Source: Minisyncoccota bacterium (GTDB lineage Bacteria > Patescibacteriota > Minisyncoccia > Phycocordibacterales > XYD1-FULL-46-19). From it: a stretch of DNA of 64,000 bases. The DNA lies in the NCBI GenBank assembly GCA_041665625.1, contig JBAYIK010000004.1, positions 26,503 through 90,502 of the forward strand, in the 5' to 3' direction. Of this stretch, positions 44,078 to 52,986 are shown in pieces (the first letter of the stretch is position 1; every line of letters begins with the position of its first letter). The notes beneath the pieces are model-generated. The model searched no databases. It had not been told where the DNA came from and was given only the letters and a program-made list of their open reading frames with translations. A program made the translations under genes and the position numbers.

Positions 44078-44303
44078 TACGTATAGAACTTTCTTAAGAT
44101 TTTGCCTAAAACCCTACAAACTGTGGATAAGTCCGGGGTATAAGTGGATAAAAGACATCCCATAGACTAAGAGATATTCTTATAGAAAACAGGGCAAAAA
44201 GCAAGAATATCCTTATTTTACAACATATTTTAGCCAAAAGTCGTCTTTAAAAGTAGTTTTTTATAGAACTGACCAATAGTGTTTCTTAAGAAACAGGTTC
44301 CAC

Positions 44304-44732
44304 ATGGCACAGGTACCTAAAAATAAGACCCAAAAGCAGATTACGGGGCAAATAGGGGAGGATGAAGCGGCAAAATACCTTAAAAACAAGGGTTTTTCTG
44401 TCCTTGACCGTAATTATCGCAAACCTTGGGGCGAATTGGACATTGTTGCCAAGAAAGGGGAGTGGCTCTATTTTATGGAAGTCAAAACTGTGACCCGGGC
44501 GACCTCCGAGGCTAGCCCCCAAATTCCCCGAGGACTAGCCTCGGGAGACTCTTATGAGCCCGAAGACAATATCCACCCGTGGAAAATCAAGCGCTTATCT
44601 CGCGCTATCAATACTTATCTCTTAGAGAAAAAGATTGATGATGAGACCGACTGGCAAGTCGATTCTATTGCTGTTTACCTCAATAATAGGGGAGAGCTCC
44701 TCAAAATTGAACATTTGGAGGATATTTTCTGA
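44304..44732 (+). CDS. yraN: YraN/UPF0102-family predicted endonuclease.
   Basis: Motif GEDEAAKYL...LDRNYRKPWGELDIVAKKGEWLYFMEVKT. Confidence 0.7.
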   Translation: MAQVPKNKTQKQITGQIGEDEAAKYLKNKGFSVLDRNYRKPWGELDIVAKKGEWLYFMEVKTVTRATSEASPQIPRGLASGDSYEPEDNIHPWKIKRLSRAINTYLLEKKIDDETDWQVDSIAVYLNNRGELLKIEHLEDIF

Positions 44733-44867
44733 CTTTGGAGAAGTCAGCCCTGCTAAGCCTTGGCGAAGCGGGGGATTATATGCTAAGATATGACGGTAAC
44801 CTTAATCGCCTACGCGAAAACTCAGCGGGCTTTGCCACGCCGTAGATTCGCTCCGGCGAATCGAAGG

Positions 44868-44939
44868 CGGGGTGTAGTGCAACGGCTAGCACGAGTCCTT
44901 TGGGAGGATTTAATCCGAGTTCGAATCTCGGCACCCCGA
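44868..44939 (+). tRNA. tRNA-Pro(UGG).
   Basis: A C1-G72 acceptor pair, typical of bacterial tRNA-Pro. Anticodon loop TTTGGGA. T-arm CCGAG-TTCGAAT-CTCGG. Confidence 0.7.
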
Positions 44940-44940
44940 C

Positions 44941-44976
44941 AAAAACAAAAAAGCGAGAATTTTTCTCGCTTTTTTG
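44941..44976. terminator. Bidirectional intrinsic terminator.
   Basis: A-run, then AGCGAGAA-ttt-TTCTCGCT, then TTTTT. Confidence 0.6.
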
Positions 44977-45001
44977 TTTGGTACCGAGATTCGAACTGAA
45001 C

Positions 45002-46459
45002 TTAGGTTTTTTCTTCTGCGTCAATAATCTCTCTTGCTCTCTTCCTAATCTCACCTATTTTAGATATGGGGGCAATAAGGATCGCTTTTTCTTTGGGCCA
45101 CACTTCAATAGTAATACCATTCGTGCCGCTGGGGCCATAATTATCAATTTCCCAGGTTCTAGTGTCAGTATCCATATCATGGGAATAAAAATTTTTCTTG
45201 CCGGCCATTTCATTCATAATATCAGTCAATATTCTCGCTGTCGGGATCTGAGAAAAGTAGCTAAATTGGGCTGTTCCGTCTGTTTCAGACAGTTCTGTTA
45301 AGGCATCTTGGAGTTTGTTTGGGTCGAACTCACGAAAATTCCTAATGATTCCGTCTCTTCCAAAAACAACAACAAACCGCTTCTTCCCATCTGTCGCCAT
45401 CAATCTTCTTTCGTTGCGGCCCTTTTGGGCCATATCTTCGCTGAAGGAGAACGACTGGTCATTGATTTCTGCGAGGTAATGGCCCAGTACTTTTTCTATT
45501 GGGTCCCCAATTTCTATCTCTGCTCCATTTAGATCTATAATTGGCACTACCACTTGGCCTTGGGGATATCTTTCTGAGTTTGGCAAAGATACTATATTGT
45601 ATAAGCCCCTTGGAGTTATTATTGGATAAGTTCCTTGTGTTATCCCATGTTCTCCTTCAGTTTTTTCTTCTCTATTTGAAACGCCAAACCCTCTTTGGTG
45701 GCTTCTGTTTTCCCCCACAAGATCTATCTCAGCATCTCTAAATAATCTCTTTTTCCCCGAGTTGTTTATCCCATAAAAACTAATCGCTACTCTTTCCTTT
45801 GGTAATTTGCCCAATAAGGCTTCAACCCATTCTTTTTTGTCTGTTTCTCTTGATCTCGTGTGTGGCTGGTATCCAGCATAGAGCTCAGCGAGTTGGTAGA
45901 CGTCAAGGTAGGTCTTATCCTCATCTAAATAATCAGATGGTTCGGAGGCCCAGTATAAGATAGAAGTGTTCTTCTTAAGACTTTGGCCATAATTTTGGAA
46001 AATGCGCTCAAGCTGTTTATAAGAGATGTGTTCTCTTGCACCAGGAACGGCATCAAAGGCACAGAATGGGCATCCCTTAGAGCAACCAAAGGTCAATTGT
46101 ATAGCATGAAGATTTTCGAAAATAAGCTTCAATTGTTCTGGGGTAAACCTTTTTTCTAGTCCGAGAGGTAGTTCGTCGTCATCTTCTTGGGTTTCTCTGT
46201 AGATCTCTCTCTTTTGGGCAATTATGTTATCTAACAACTTTCTTTCCTCCTGTGCTAACCATTTCTCCCAATAGCTGAATTGGGCCACGAGCTCTGGATT
46301 CTCCAAGGCTTCGTCAAGGTAAGTCTCTAGACGACCCTCTCTTGTTAGCTCGGCAAAATAATCAGCCAATTGGCCAGGATTTAGGAGAATAATCTCTTCT
46401 TTATTAAGAAAGGGTTTTGGTGATTTGGCCTGATCATTTTCTAGGGGGCTATATTCCAT
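45002..46459 (-). CDS. Hypothetical protein with a CxxxCxxC cluster. It may be radical-SAM-like.
   Basis: GCSKGCPFCAF motif at about residue 120. No other family signature was recognised. Confidence 0.35.
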   Translation of the reverse strand: MEYSPLENDQAKSPKPFLNKEEIILLNPGQLADYFAELTREGRLETYLDEALENPELVAQFSYWEKWLAQEERKLLDNIIAQKREIYRETQEDDDELPLGLEKRFTPEQLKLIFENLHAIQLTFGCSKGCPFCAFDAVPGAREHISYKQLERIFQNYGQSLKKNTSILYWASEPSDYLDEDKTYLDVYQLAELYAGYQPHTRSRETDKKEWVEALLGKLPKERVAISFYGINNSGKKRLFRDAEIDLVGENRSHQRGFGVSNREEKTEGEHGITQGTYPIITPRGLYNIVSLPNSERYPQGQVVVPIIDLNGAEIEIGDPIEKVLGHYLAEINDQSFSFSEDMAQKGRNERRLMATDGKKRFVVVFGRDGIIRNFREFDPNKLQDALTELSETDGTAQFSYFSQIPTARILTDIMNEMAGKKNFYSHDMDTDTRTWEIDNYGPSGTNGITIEVWPKEKAILIAPISKIGEIRKRAREIIDAEEKT

Positions 46460-46658
46460 TTTCTTTTTCTTTTATCTTGGCTTCTAAAACGGCCTTTTTG
46501 TAGTCGTCTAAAGTGGCAAGCTCATCTTGTAGTTTGGAAATTGATTCTGCCAAACGTAAGATGTCAGATTTTTGTTCACCTGTTTTTTGTTGAGTGTTCA
46601 TGACTAATATTTTAATGCTTCTTTCCCTTATTGTCACTAACCTTGACTTATAAACCAA
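46449..46658 (-). CDS. Small coiled-coil protein of 69 aa.
   Basis: Its ORF overlaps the downstream gene start by 11 nt. Uncertain. Confidence 0.3.
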   Translation of the reverse strand: MVYKSRLVTIRERSIKILVMNTQQKTGEQKSDILRLAESISKLQDELATLDDYKKAVLEAKIKEKENGI

Positions 46659-46851
46659 TATTTGCTATAATTGAAGCATCGATTAACTGTTCTAGGAAGG
46701 TTGAATTAAAACTCACACAATTCTCAAGGGCTGTTTCGAAAAATGCGTTACAGCCCTTTTCTGTATTCGCGAATCCTGCTCCGTATAAAACGGTGGCCAG
46801 GCTAGTTTTATTCGTATTAATTCCTGTTAAACGGGATAAAAATAAATAATA

Positions 46852-48126
46852 ATGTATAACTTTAATAACAATAAGCGTTTTGGTGCTAAAAAACCCCTCT
46901 CAAGTAGGGGAGCTCCTTCGCGTCTCGGTTCTCGAGTCATGGGGCGTTCTTCTAGTGCTTCACGACCTTCTCGTTTCTCAAGTTCTTCCCGCCCAACTTT
47001 TAAGAAAAAGATGCGTGGTGAATATATCGATATTGCCCGCTTTGTTAAGAAGGCGGTTGTTGGTGTTGTTAGCGAGCCGGTTGTGATTGAGCACGTCTTT
47101 GCCGATTTTGGCTTCACGCCTCAATTGCAGAAGAATCTCGAAACGAGAAATTACCTTAACCCAACCCCAATCCAAGATCAATCCATAATGCACACCATGG
47201 CCGGCAAGGATATGATTGGTCTGGCCAATACCGGTACTGGTAAAACCGCCGCCTTTCTTCTCCCCATGATTAACAAATGTTTCCTTGATAAACAGCAGGG
47301 TGTCTTGATTGTGGCTCCAACCCGCGAGCTCGCTATTCAGATCGATGATGAGTTCAAGAAATTTACTGGGGGCTTAGGCCTCTTCTCGGCTGTTTGCGTT
47401 GGTGGTGCACCTATATATAGACAAATTGCCGACCTTCGTCGCAATCCAAACTTTGTGATTGGTACCCCTGGGCGTCTTAAGGATCTTAAGGATAGGGGAG
47501 TAATTCATTTTGCTGACTATCAAAATATTGTCTTGGATGAGATTGATCGCATGCTCGATATGGGCTTCGTCGAAGAAATTCGCCGTATCTTAGCTGAGAT
47601 GCCTAAAGAGAGACAATCTCTCTTCTTCTCAGCGACTTTGCCTCCTAAGATTAGAGACTTGTCTCAAGCCTTCTTGACCGACCCGGTTGTTGTTAAGGTG
47701 ACGACTGGTGAGACTTCAGAGAATGTTGATCAAGACATTGTTAAACATAATAAAGAAAATAAATTCGAGAAATTGCGCGACCTGCTCGGAACGAAGGCTT
47801 TAGAAAAAGTTCTTATCTTCTCCGAGACCAAGAGGGAAGTAGATCGTCTTACTGTGAGCCTGTCTAAAGAGGGCTTCAAGGCGGAGTCTATCCATGGCGA
47901 CAAGCGTCAGAGCCAACGCGAGAAAGCTTTGTGGAAGTTTAAGGAGAACCATGTGCAGATCCTTGTTGCCACCGACGTGGCCGCTCGTGGTCTGGATATT
48001 AAGAATATCACTCACGTGATCAATTATTCTCTACCTCAAACTTATACCGACTATGTTCACCGTATTGGCCGTACTGGCCGTGGTGACATGAAGGGTTGTG
48101 CTCTAACCTTCGTGGAGGTAAAATAA
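46852..48126 (+). CDS. DEAD-box ATP-dependent RNA helicase with an Arg/Ser-rich N-terminal extension.
   Basis: Q-motif region, Walker A motif ANTGTGKTAAF, then DEID, SAT and HRIGRTGRG motifs. Confidence 0.9.
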   Translation: MYNFNNNKRFGAKKPLSSRGAPSRLGSRVMGRSSSASRPSRFSSSSRPTFKKKMRGEYIDIARFVKKAVVGVVSEPVVIEHVFADFGFTPQLQKNLETRNYLNPTPIQDQSIMHTMAGKDMIGLANTGTGKTAAFLLPMINKCFLDKQQGVLIVAPTRELAIQIDDEFKKFTGGLGLFSAVCVGGAPIYRQIADLRRNPNFVIGTPGRLKDLKDRGVIHFADYQNIVLDEIDRMLDMGFVEEIRRILAEMPKERQSLFFSATLPPKIRDLSQAFLTDPVVVKVTTGETSENVDQDIVKHNKENKFEKLRDLLGTKALEKVLIFSETKREVDRLTVSLSKEGFKAESIHGDKRQSQREKALWKFKENHVQILVATDVAARGLDIKNITHVINYSLPQTYTDYVHRIGRTGRGDMKGCALTFVEVK

Positions 48127-48135
48127 TTTTGTTTG

Positions 48136-48207
48136 TCGGAGTGCAGGGATTTGAACCCTGAGTCCCACGAACCCGAATCGTGGATGTTACCGTTACACTA
48201 CACTCCG
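48136..48207 (-). tRNA. tRNA-Pro(CGG).
   Basis: Minus-strand acceptor stem CGGAGTG pairing with CACTCCG (C1-G72). Anticodon loop TTCGGGT. T-loop TTCAAAT. Confidence 0.7.
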
Positions 48208-48241
48208 AATATTTCGTTTTTATATTAACACAGAAAAGACA

Positions 48242-48274
48242 AAGGCGCCCGCGACGAGTGGTCGCTTGCGCCTT
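48242..48274. terminator. GC hairpin with a nested inner hairpin, flanked by an A-tract and a T-tract.
   Basis: AAGGCGC-CCGCGACgagtgGTCGCTT-GCGCCTT. Confidence 0.35.
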
Positions 48275-48280
48275 TAGTTG

Positions 48281-48601
48281 TCAGGCAGGGCAAGTTTCAT
48301 TGTAGGCAAGACTTTGCCAGTATTCTTTGTAGTGCTCCCAGCCTTCGGGCGGAGTTGCAGGGTGACCAACCTTCAAACCAGTGTAATAAAGATTGAGCTC
48401 CTTTTGCCCTTCTTCCCAAGCGATTGAGAACATGTGGGCGAAGCCTATCTGGACGTACCAGACGAAGACTTCGGTGTCGGTCAGGGCTCTCCCCTCCATG
48501 AGGACTGCGGTGTCGCGGTAGCGCATCGCATCTTGGTATTGAGTGAGGTTTCTCAGGCGCATCTCCTCTTCCTTGCGAAGAGTTTCATCTGTGACTTCCA
48601 C
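48281..48601 (-). CDS. Hypothetical protein.
   Basis: 106-aa ORF with no recognisable motif. Confidence 0.35.
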   Translation of the reverse strand: MEVTDETLRKEEEMRLRNLTQYQDAMRYRDTAVLMEGRALTDTEVFVWYVQIGFAHMFSIAWEEGQKELNLYYTGLKVGHPATPPEGWEHYKEYWQSLAYNETCPA

Positions 48602-48697
48602 GATGACGACTCCTTTCTTAGAATTGTAGATGAAGACAAAATCTGCCCATAGTGTAGCACTAAGGGCAGATTTGACAACTAAATAAAAATCTATTAA

Positions 48698-48958
48698 TTA
48701 TTTTTTACCCCACTTCTTCTTGTAGATGAAGAAGTAGTAGAGGATATCCAAGAGGCCAACGGTGTTGACGAGCAAGAGCACGACAAACCAGACCTTGGCA
48801 CCACTTCGGGCGGCCCGCCATAGGGCGAGACCTTTCCAGACGAGGGTCCAGATAATTACGATAGCTATTAATGTGGTCATGCCGATAATCGACAAGACCG
48901 AAGCGACACCCCAAACTTGTGGAGGTAATTCTCCAGCTCTACTTATAATATTATCCAT
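48698..48958 (-). CDS. Small protein with two transmembrane helices.
   Basis: Hydrophobic segments VASVLSIIGMTTLIAIVIIWTLV and VWFVVLLLVNTVGLL. Confidence 0.4.
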   Translation of the reverse strand: MDNIISRAGELPPQVWGVASVLSIIGMTTLIAIVIIWTLVWKGLALWRAARSGAKVWFVVLLLVNTVGLLDILYYFFIYKKKWGKK

Positions 48959-49023
48959 GTCTAAAATTATACCATGGTGGTCTAAAGTTTGACGATACTT
49001 TTATCCACAGTTATCATCAAGCT

Positions 49024-49797
49024 ATGTTAATTCAAATTCAAAAAGAATTAAGAAAAGTGGCAAGCAAAGAGAAGGCTAAAATTTTGGCGCGGTTTTTTAA
49101 AACCGGGAAAGGGGAATATGGTGAAGGTGACAAATTCTTGGGGGTAGTGGTGCCGGAGCAAAGACGGATTGCAAAAAATGTTCTTGCCCAAGAAAGTCCT
49201 TTGGCTTCGATCTTGCTCAATCTGCAAAAACTTCTACAAAGTGAATTTCATGAAGAAAGATTAATACCACTTTTAATTTTGGTGGAGTTGTATAAAAAAG
49301 GTGACCCCTCGACAAGCTCAGGGCGGTCAAGCCGGAAAAAGATTTTTGATTTTTATTTAAAAAACTTAAACAGAATTAATAATTGGGATCTTGTTGATTT
49401 GAGTTCCCCGAATATTATTGGTGACTATATTCTAAATTATTTTACTAAACTTCAGGCAAGAAATTTTTTATTAAAATTGGCCCACTCTAAGAATCTTTGG
49501 TCGCGGCGAGTCGCAGTTTTGGCGGCTTTTCCTTTTATCAGAAATAGTCAGTTCGAAGAAATTTTGGACTTAACCAGATTCTTAATTTTAGATCAAAAAG
49601 AAAAACATGATCTAATGTACAAAGCTCTTGGTTGGATGTTGCGCGAAGTGGGCAAGCGAGACGTCGTTGTTCTACATAAATTCTTGAGACAATATTCTAA
49701 CCAACTCCCCCGTGTGACGTTGCGTTATGCCATCGAGAGAATGAGCGATGTTGAGAGAAAAAGTTATTTGTCTAAGCCCAAATCGCTTGCTAGTTAA
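49024..49797 (+). CDS. DNA alkylation repair protein, AlkD-like with HEAT-like repeats.
   Basis: N-terminus IQKELRKVASKEKAKILARFFKTGKGEYGEGDKFLGV matches the DNA_alkylation family signature. Confidence 0.65.
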   Translation: MLIQIQKELRKVASKEKAKILARFFKTGKGEYGEGDKFLGVVVPEQRRIAKNVLAQESPLASILLNLQKLLQSEFHEERLIPLLILVELYKKGDPSTSSGRSSRKKIFDFYLKNLNRINNWDLVDLSSPNIIGDYILNYFTKLQARNFLLKLAHSKNLWSRRVAVLAAFPFIRNSQFEEILDLTRFLILDQKEKHDLMYKALGWMLREVGKRDVVVLHKFLRQYSNQLPRVTLRYAIERMSDVERKSYLSKPKSLAS

Positions 49798-49906
49798 GGG
49801 TTACACGGTTATGGCCAAAAGTTCTTATTATTTTTAGTAAAACCTGAATCGGTGTTTCACAAGCTTTTTTCTTGGCGAACATCATTAAAAGAGTATAATT
49901 ATTGGT

Positions 49907-50782
49907 ATGATAAAATTAATTAATCTTACCGACCTAGCAAAGAAGACTTGGGCCCTCTATGTGGCCAAGTTCAACATCTTGGTTGGCCTAATGGCTCTGC
50001 CATTTGTTCTTTTCATTATTAGTCCGCTCTTGGCTCAGACTGAAGACTTTTTGTATCTACCATTCTCCCTCTTGTTGATGGTTGTCGCTTTTGTTGCAAT
50101 GTTGTGGGGCGGGACGGCGACGGTCATTGTCTTGGATCGACGTGAAGAAAATTTAACAATTAAAGAGGCTCTGACATTGAGTCAGGGTAAACTCTGGCCT
50201 GTCGTCTGGGTGGCCATAATTGTTTGCTTTATCGTTGGAGGAGCTTCGATGCTTTTTATTATTCCCGGATTGATTTTGGCCTTTTATTTTCTGTTTGCCA
50301 AAATTATTGTCATTACCGAAGAAGAGACTGGTATGAAAGCTTTAGTAAAAAGTCGCGAATATCTGCGTGGCTACTTCTGGCCGATTGTCGGACGCTACTT
50401 AGCAATTGTTATTATCTCCACTCTTATTCTAGCAATCTTTAATTCTGTGGCTTCTGTTGTTACCCAGTCGACATCTTCCTTTTTGAATAGTGTAGGAAGA
50501 GAAGCCTTGCTTCTTGTCTTGCAAACTTTTATTAATATCGTCATTTTCCCGTTGATGATTATCCCGGCCTATCTTCTTTATGATAATGTCCGGGAAGTTA
50601 AGAGTGATCTTAACTTCGTTCCTTCAACTGGCCTAACTTATCTCTGGATAGGGCTCGCTGGTTGGGTCTTCTTGGGGGTCTTGATCGTTTTGGCTATTGT
50701 TGTTTTTACCACCGCGATTGGAGGCTTCTTGCTGGGGGCTTTTGCTACAGATATTTTTAACAGTCAAGCTCTCTTAAAATAA
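49907..50782 (+). CDS. Polytopic membrane protein of unknown function.
   Basis: At least six transmembrane helices. Confidence 0.5.
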   Translation: MIKLINLTDLAKKTWALYVAKFNILVGLMALPFVLFIISPLLAQTEDFLYLPFSLLLMVVAFVAMLWGGTATVIVLDRREENLTIKEALTLSQGKLWPVVWVAIIVCFIVGGASMLFIIPGLILAFYFLFAKIIVITEEETGMKALVKSREYLRGYFWPIVGRYLAIVIISTLILAIFNSVASVVTQSTSSFLNSVGREALLLVLQTFINIVIFPLMIIPAYLLYDNVREVKSDLNFVPSTGLTYLWIGLAGWVFLGVLIVLAIVVFTTAIGGFLLGAFATDIFNSQALLK

Positions 50783-50785
50783 AAA

Positions 50786-51004
50786 ATGTATTACGGCTTT
50801 ATTATTATCTTGGCTGCTTGGATCTGGCAGTGGCAGAAGTTTAACCAAGGGCACCGCTCGATGGACCCGTGGTTCTTGCGTCTCTTTGCTTTGGGAATGT
50901 TGGTGCTGGTTCTCGACACTTTCAAAATTTCTAATCTTCTATCTTGGGCTAATGTTGCGACCCTTATCATCACCGTTTTCTTCATTTGGAAATATCGTCG
51001 CTAA
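50786..51004 (+). CDS. Small protein with two transmembrane helices.
   Basis: 72 aa with two hydrophobic segments. Confidence 0.35.
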   Translation: MYYGFIIILAAWIWQWQKFNQGHRSMDPWFLRLFALGMLVLVLDTFKISNLLSWANVATLIITVFFIWKYRR

Positions 51005-51058
51005 CTTTTGCTAGGGCTTAAATTTTTTGCTAAGATACTAAAGCTAGTTAGAAGGCGG

Positions 51059-51092
51059 GCCCCGTTAGAGGCTCGGAAGCCTCTAACGGGGC
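51059..51092 (+). promoter_or_regulatory. Conserved 5' leader hairpin abutting tRNA-Gly(UCC).
   Basis: GCCCCGTTAGAGGCT-cgga-AGCCTCTAACGGGGC, a perfect 15-bp stem. It overlaps the tRNA 5' end by 2 nt. Confidence 0.5.
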
Positions 51093-51161
51093 GGGATTAG
51101 TTTAGCGGTAAAATATCAGTTTTCCAAACTGAGGTCGGGAGTTCGACTCTCCCATCCCGCA
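51091..51161 (+). tRNA. tRNA-Gly(UCC).
   Basis: Acceptor stem GCGGGAT pairing with ATCCCGC. Anticodon loop TTTCCAA. T-loop TTCGACT. Confidence 0.75.
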
Positions 51162-51164
51162 CAG

Positions 51165-51193
51165 AAAAAGAGCCTCCGAAAGGAGGCTCTTTT
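51165..51193. terminator. Intrinsic terminator.
   Basis: GAGCCTCC-gaaa-GGAGGCTC followed by TTTT. Confidence 0.6.
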
Positions 51194-51364
51194 GCGGGAT
51201 AAGCAAGCCAACTGCTTGGCTTGCGTGGAGAGTTGAACAGCGGAGCGATGTTTTTGTACCAACAAAAACTAGCGAGCTGGTGCCCAGACCAAGGTGAGCG
51301 ACGGCGAGCCTTGAGTCGCGGGCGACTCTCACGTTTTTTTGCTCAACGAGCTTAATTTTAGTTT

Positions 51365-52168
51365 CTAGACAGTTCTAAGAAAAGAGTCAGTATATTTGGG
51401 CTCGGCTTTTATCGGCTTTGACGATTTCCAGATTTGTTCGAATTGCGCTTTTATTAGGTCCGAGAAATCACGGCTATGGATAACGAAACCAAATCCCTCT
51501 TTTCTTGAAGAAATGAAGGCTACTTTGTCAGCATAAAGCCAGTAGCTCATGTTCCAAGTCATACCTTTTGGAGCTAGGCGCAGTTCTCGCATATGACCTT
51601 TCCCAATACCCAGATATGGATGGCTCTTGAGATCAACAGCCTTATCTCTTGGCCAGATTCCTTTGATTGAGATGTTCTGTTTGATTCGTCGACGGTTCAA
51701 ATCTTCAAGATATTCTTTGCCAAGAATTTCCACCATCTCGTTTATGGGCCACATGGTTAAGGTTTCAATGTTTTCGTACCAAAGCATATCCTTTAATACC
51801 TGCCTTATTCCTTTGGCTCCGGGATAGAACTTAATCTTGGGGTCTAAGGCCTTGAGATTAAGGTTAAGGTTGGGGAGAACCTCGGAGATTAGTCGGTCTT
51901 CTTTCTTCAGCTTCTCAATTTTCCCGCGGATAAGATGCTGTAGATTTTTAACATCATCAGCTTCAAATAATTTTTTGTTCTCTTCTTCTTTTTCTATCAC
52001 TAATCCGCTGTCTATAAGTAGCCTCAAATTATCGTATACCGTCGTCCGGGGCAGTCCGAGATTCTCGGCTAATTGGCGGGCTGAAGAACAGCCATTTTCT
52101 AAAAGCTGAGTATAAACTCTAATACTATTGTCGGAGAAGCCAATTTCTTTTAACGATTCATTTATCAT
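51365..52168 (-). CDS. TrmB-family HTH transcriptional regulator, second paralog.
   Basis: N-terminus FSDNSIRVYTQLLENGCSSARQLAENLGLPRTTVYDNLRLLIDSGLV. Confidence 0.7.
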   Translation of the reverse strand: MINESLKEIGFSDNSIRVYTQLLENGCSSARQLAENLGLPRTTVYDNLRLLIDSGLVIEKEEENKKLFEADDVKNLQHLIRGKIEKLKKEDRLISEVLPNLNLNLKALDPKIKFYPGAKGIRQVLKDMLWYENIETLTMWPINEMVEILGKEYLEDLNRRRIKQNISIKGIWPRDKAVDLKSHPYLGIGKGHMRELRLAPKGMTWNMSYWLYADKVAFISSRKEGFGFVIHSRDFSDLIKAQFEQIWKSSKPIKAEPKYTDSFLRTV

Positions 52169-52307
52169 AATATTTTAGTCATTTCGTCGCTTGTCGACGA
52201 CGACTGGACAATATGACTTTAATCCTCTAAGTTAACATTGTCAAGGAAACATGAGGGATTGTTTCCTCTGTGCTCTTTGAAAACCTGTCAAAAAGGAGCG
52301 AAAAATT

Positions 52308-52601
52308 ATGACCAGGATTATCCTTGGGACGATAGCCTCATTGGCAGTCGTCACTTTCTCCACGGTGGTGCTGATTCTTTCGGCAAGTTTCTTTATCTAC
52401 CCTATGACTGCCGAAGAGGGTGTGAAGTATTTTGTAGTGGTCTGGATCTTTAACGGGTCGCTACTCCTGTTCCAGTTTATAGATGGGCACCAGAAGGCTC
52501 TCGAGGAAATTGATATCCGCTTTAGGGAACAAGGAAAAGTCTTGGCGGATTTGCGAGAGAGTGTCAAAAAACTTGAACAAAGAAAGGAGAAGACGTCATG
52601 A
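52308..52601 (+). CDS. Small membrane protein of 97 aa.
   Basis: AAAGGAG ribosome-binding site. Two transmembrane helices. The stop overlaps a possible downstream 39-aa hydrophobic ORF at 52598-52717. Confidence 0.4.
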   Translation: MTRIILGTIASLAVVTFSTVVLILSASFFIYPMTAEEGVKYFVVVWIFNGSLLLFQFIDGHQKALEEIDIRFREQGKVLADLRESVKKLEQRKEKTS

Positions 52602-52986
52602 GGACCCAAGAAGAAAGAGGTATCTTTGTTCGGCTTGTTCTTGCCCTGAGTGGGATATTTGCTTTCCTTACTTGCGGCATTGTGGTGGGGCCCTCATCTT
52701 CTTTTCTGACGATTTGAGAATCGTTGTCCTGTGCCTTTCTGTGTTTTTTTGCTCGAGCCCCATCTTCTTCTTGGTAGGTTGGGCTTACGATGAAGAAAAG
52801 GCAGAGGCAAAACAGAGAGGGGAGATCAAATAGTGTGTTCTTTGGCCCCAAAAAACCCAGCCCCGTGCGCGAGCCTCGCTCTGCCGGGGCTTTCGCATCT
52901 ATATTATGGTGAGAATGTGGGTGCCCACACTTTCGCCTATCTATCAGGAAAATTGAGTATTTTCAATTTTTTGCTATGATACCAAA

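Noticed and set aside
41646-49009. DnaA-box-like 9-mers (TTATCCACA or complement) at 41646, 44131, 44150 and 49001, as a possible oriC.
   Set aside because: They are scattered over 7 kb. Only two are adjacent, upstream of yraN. No dnaA or dnaN gene lies nearby, and there is no AT-rich DNA-unwinding-element cluster. This is insufficient evidence for an origin.
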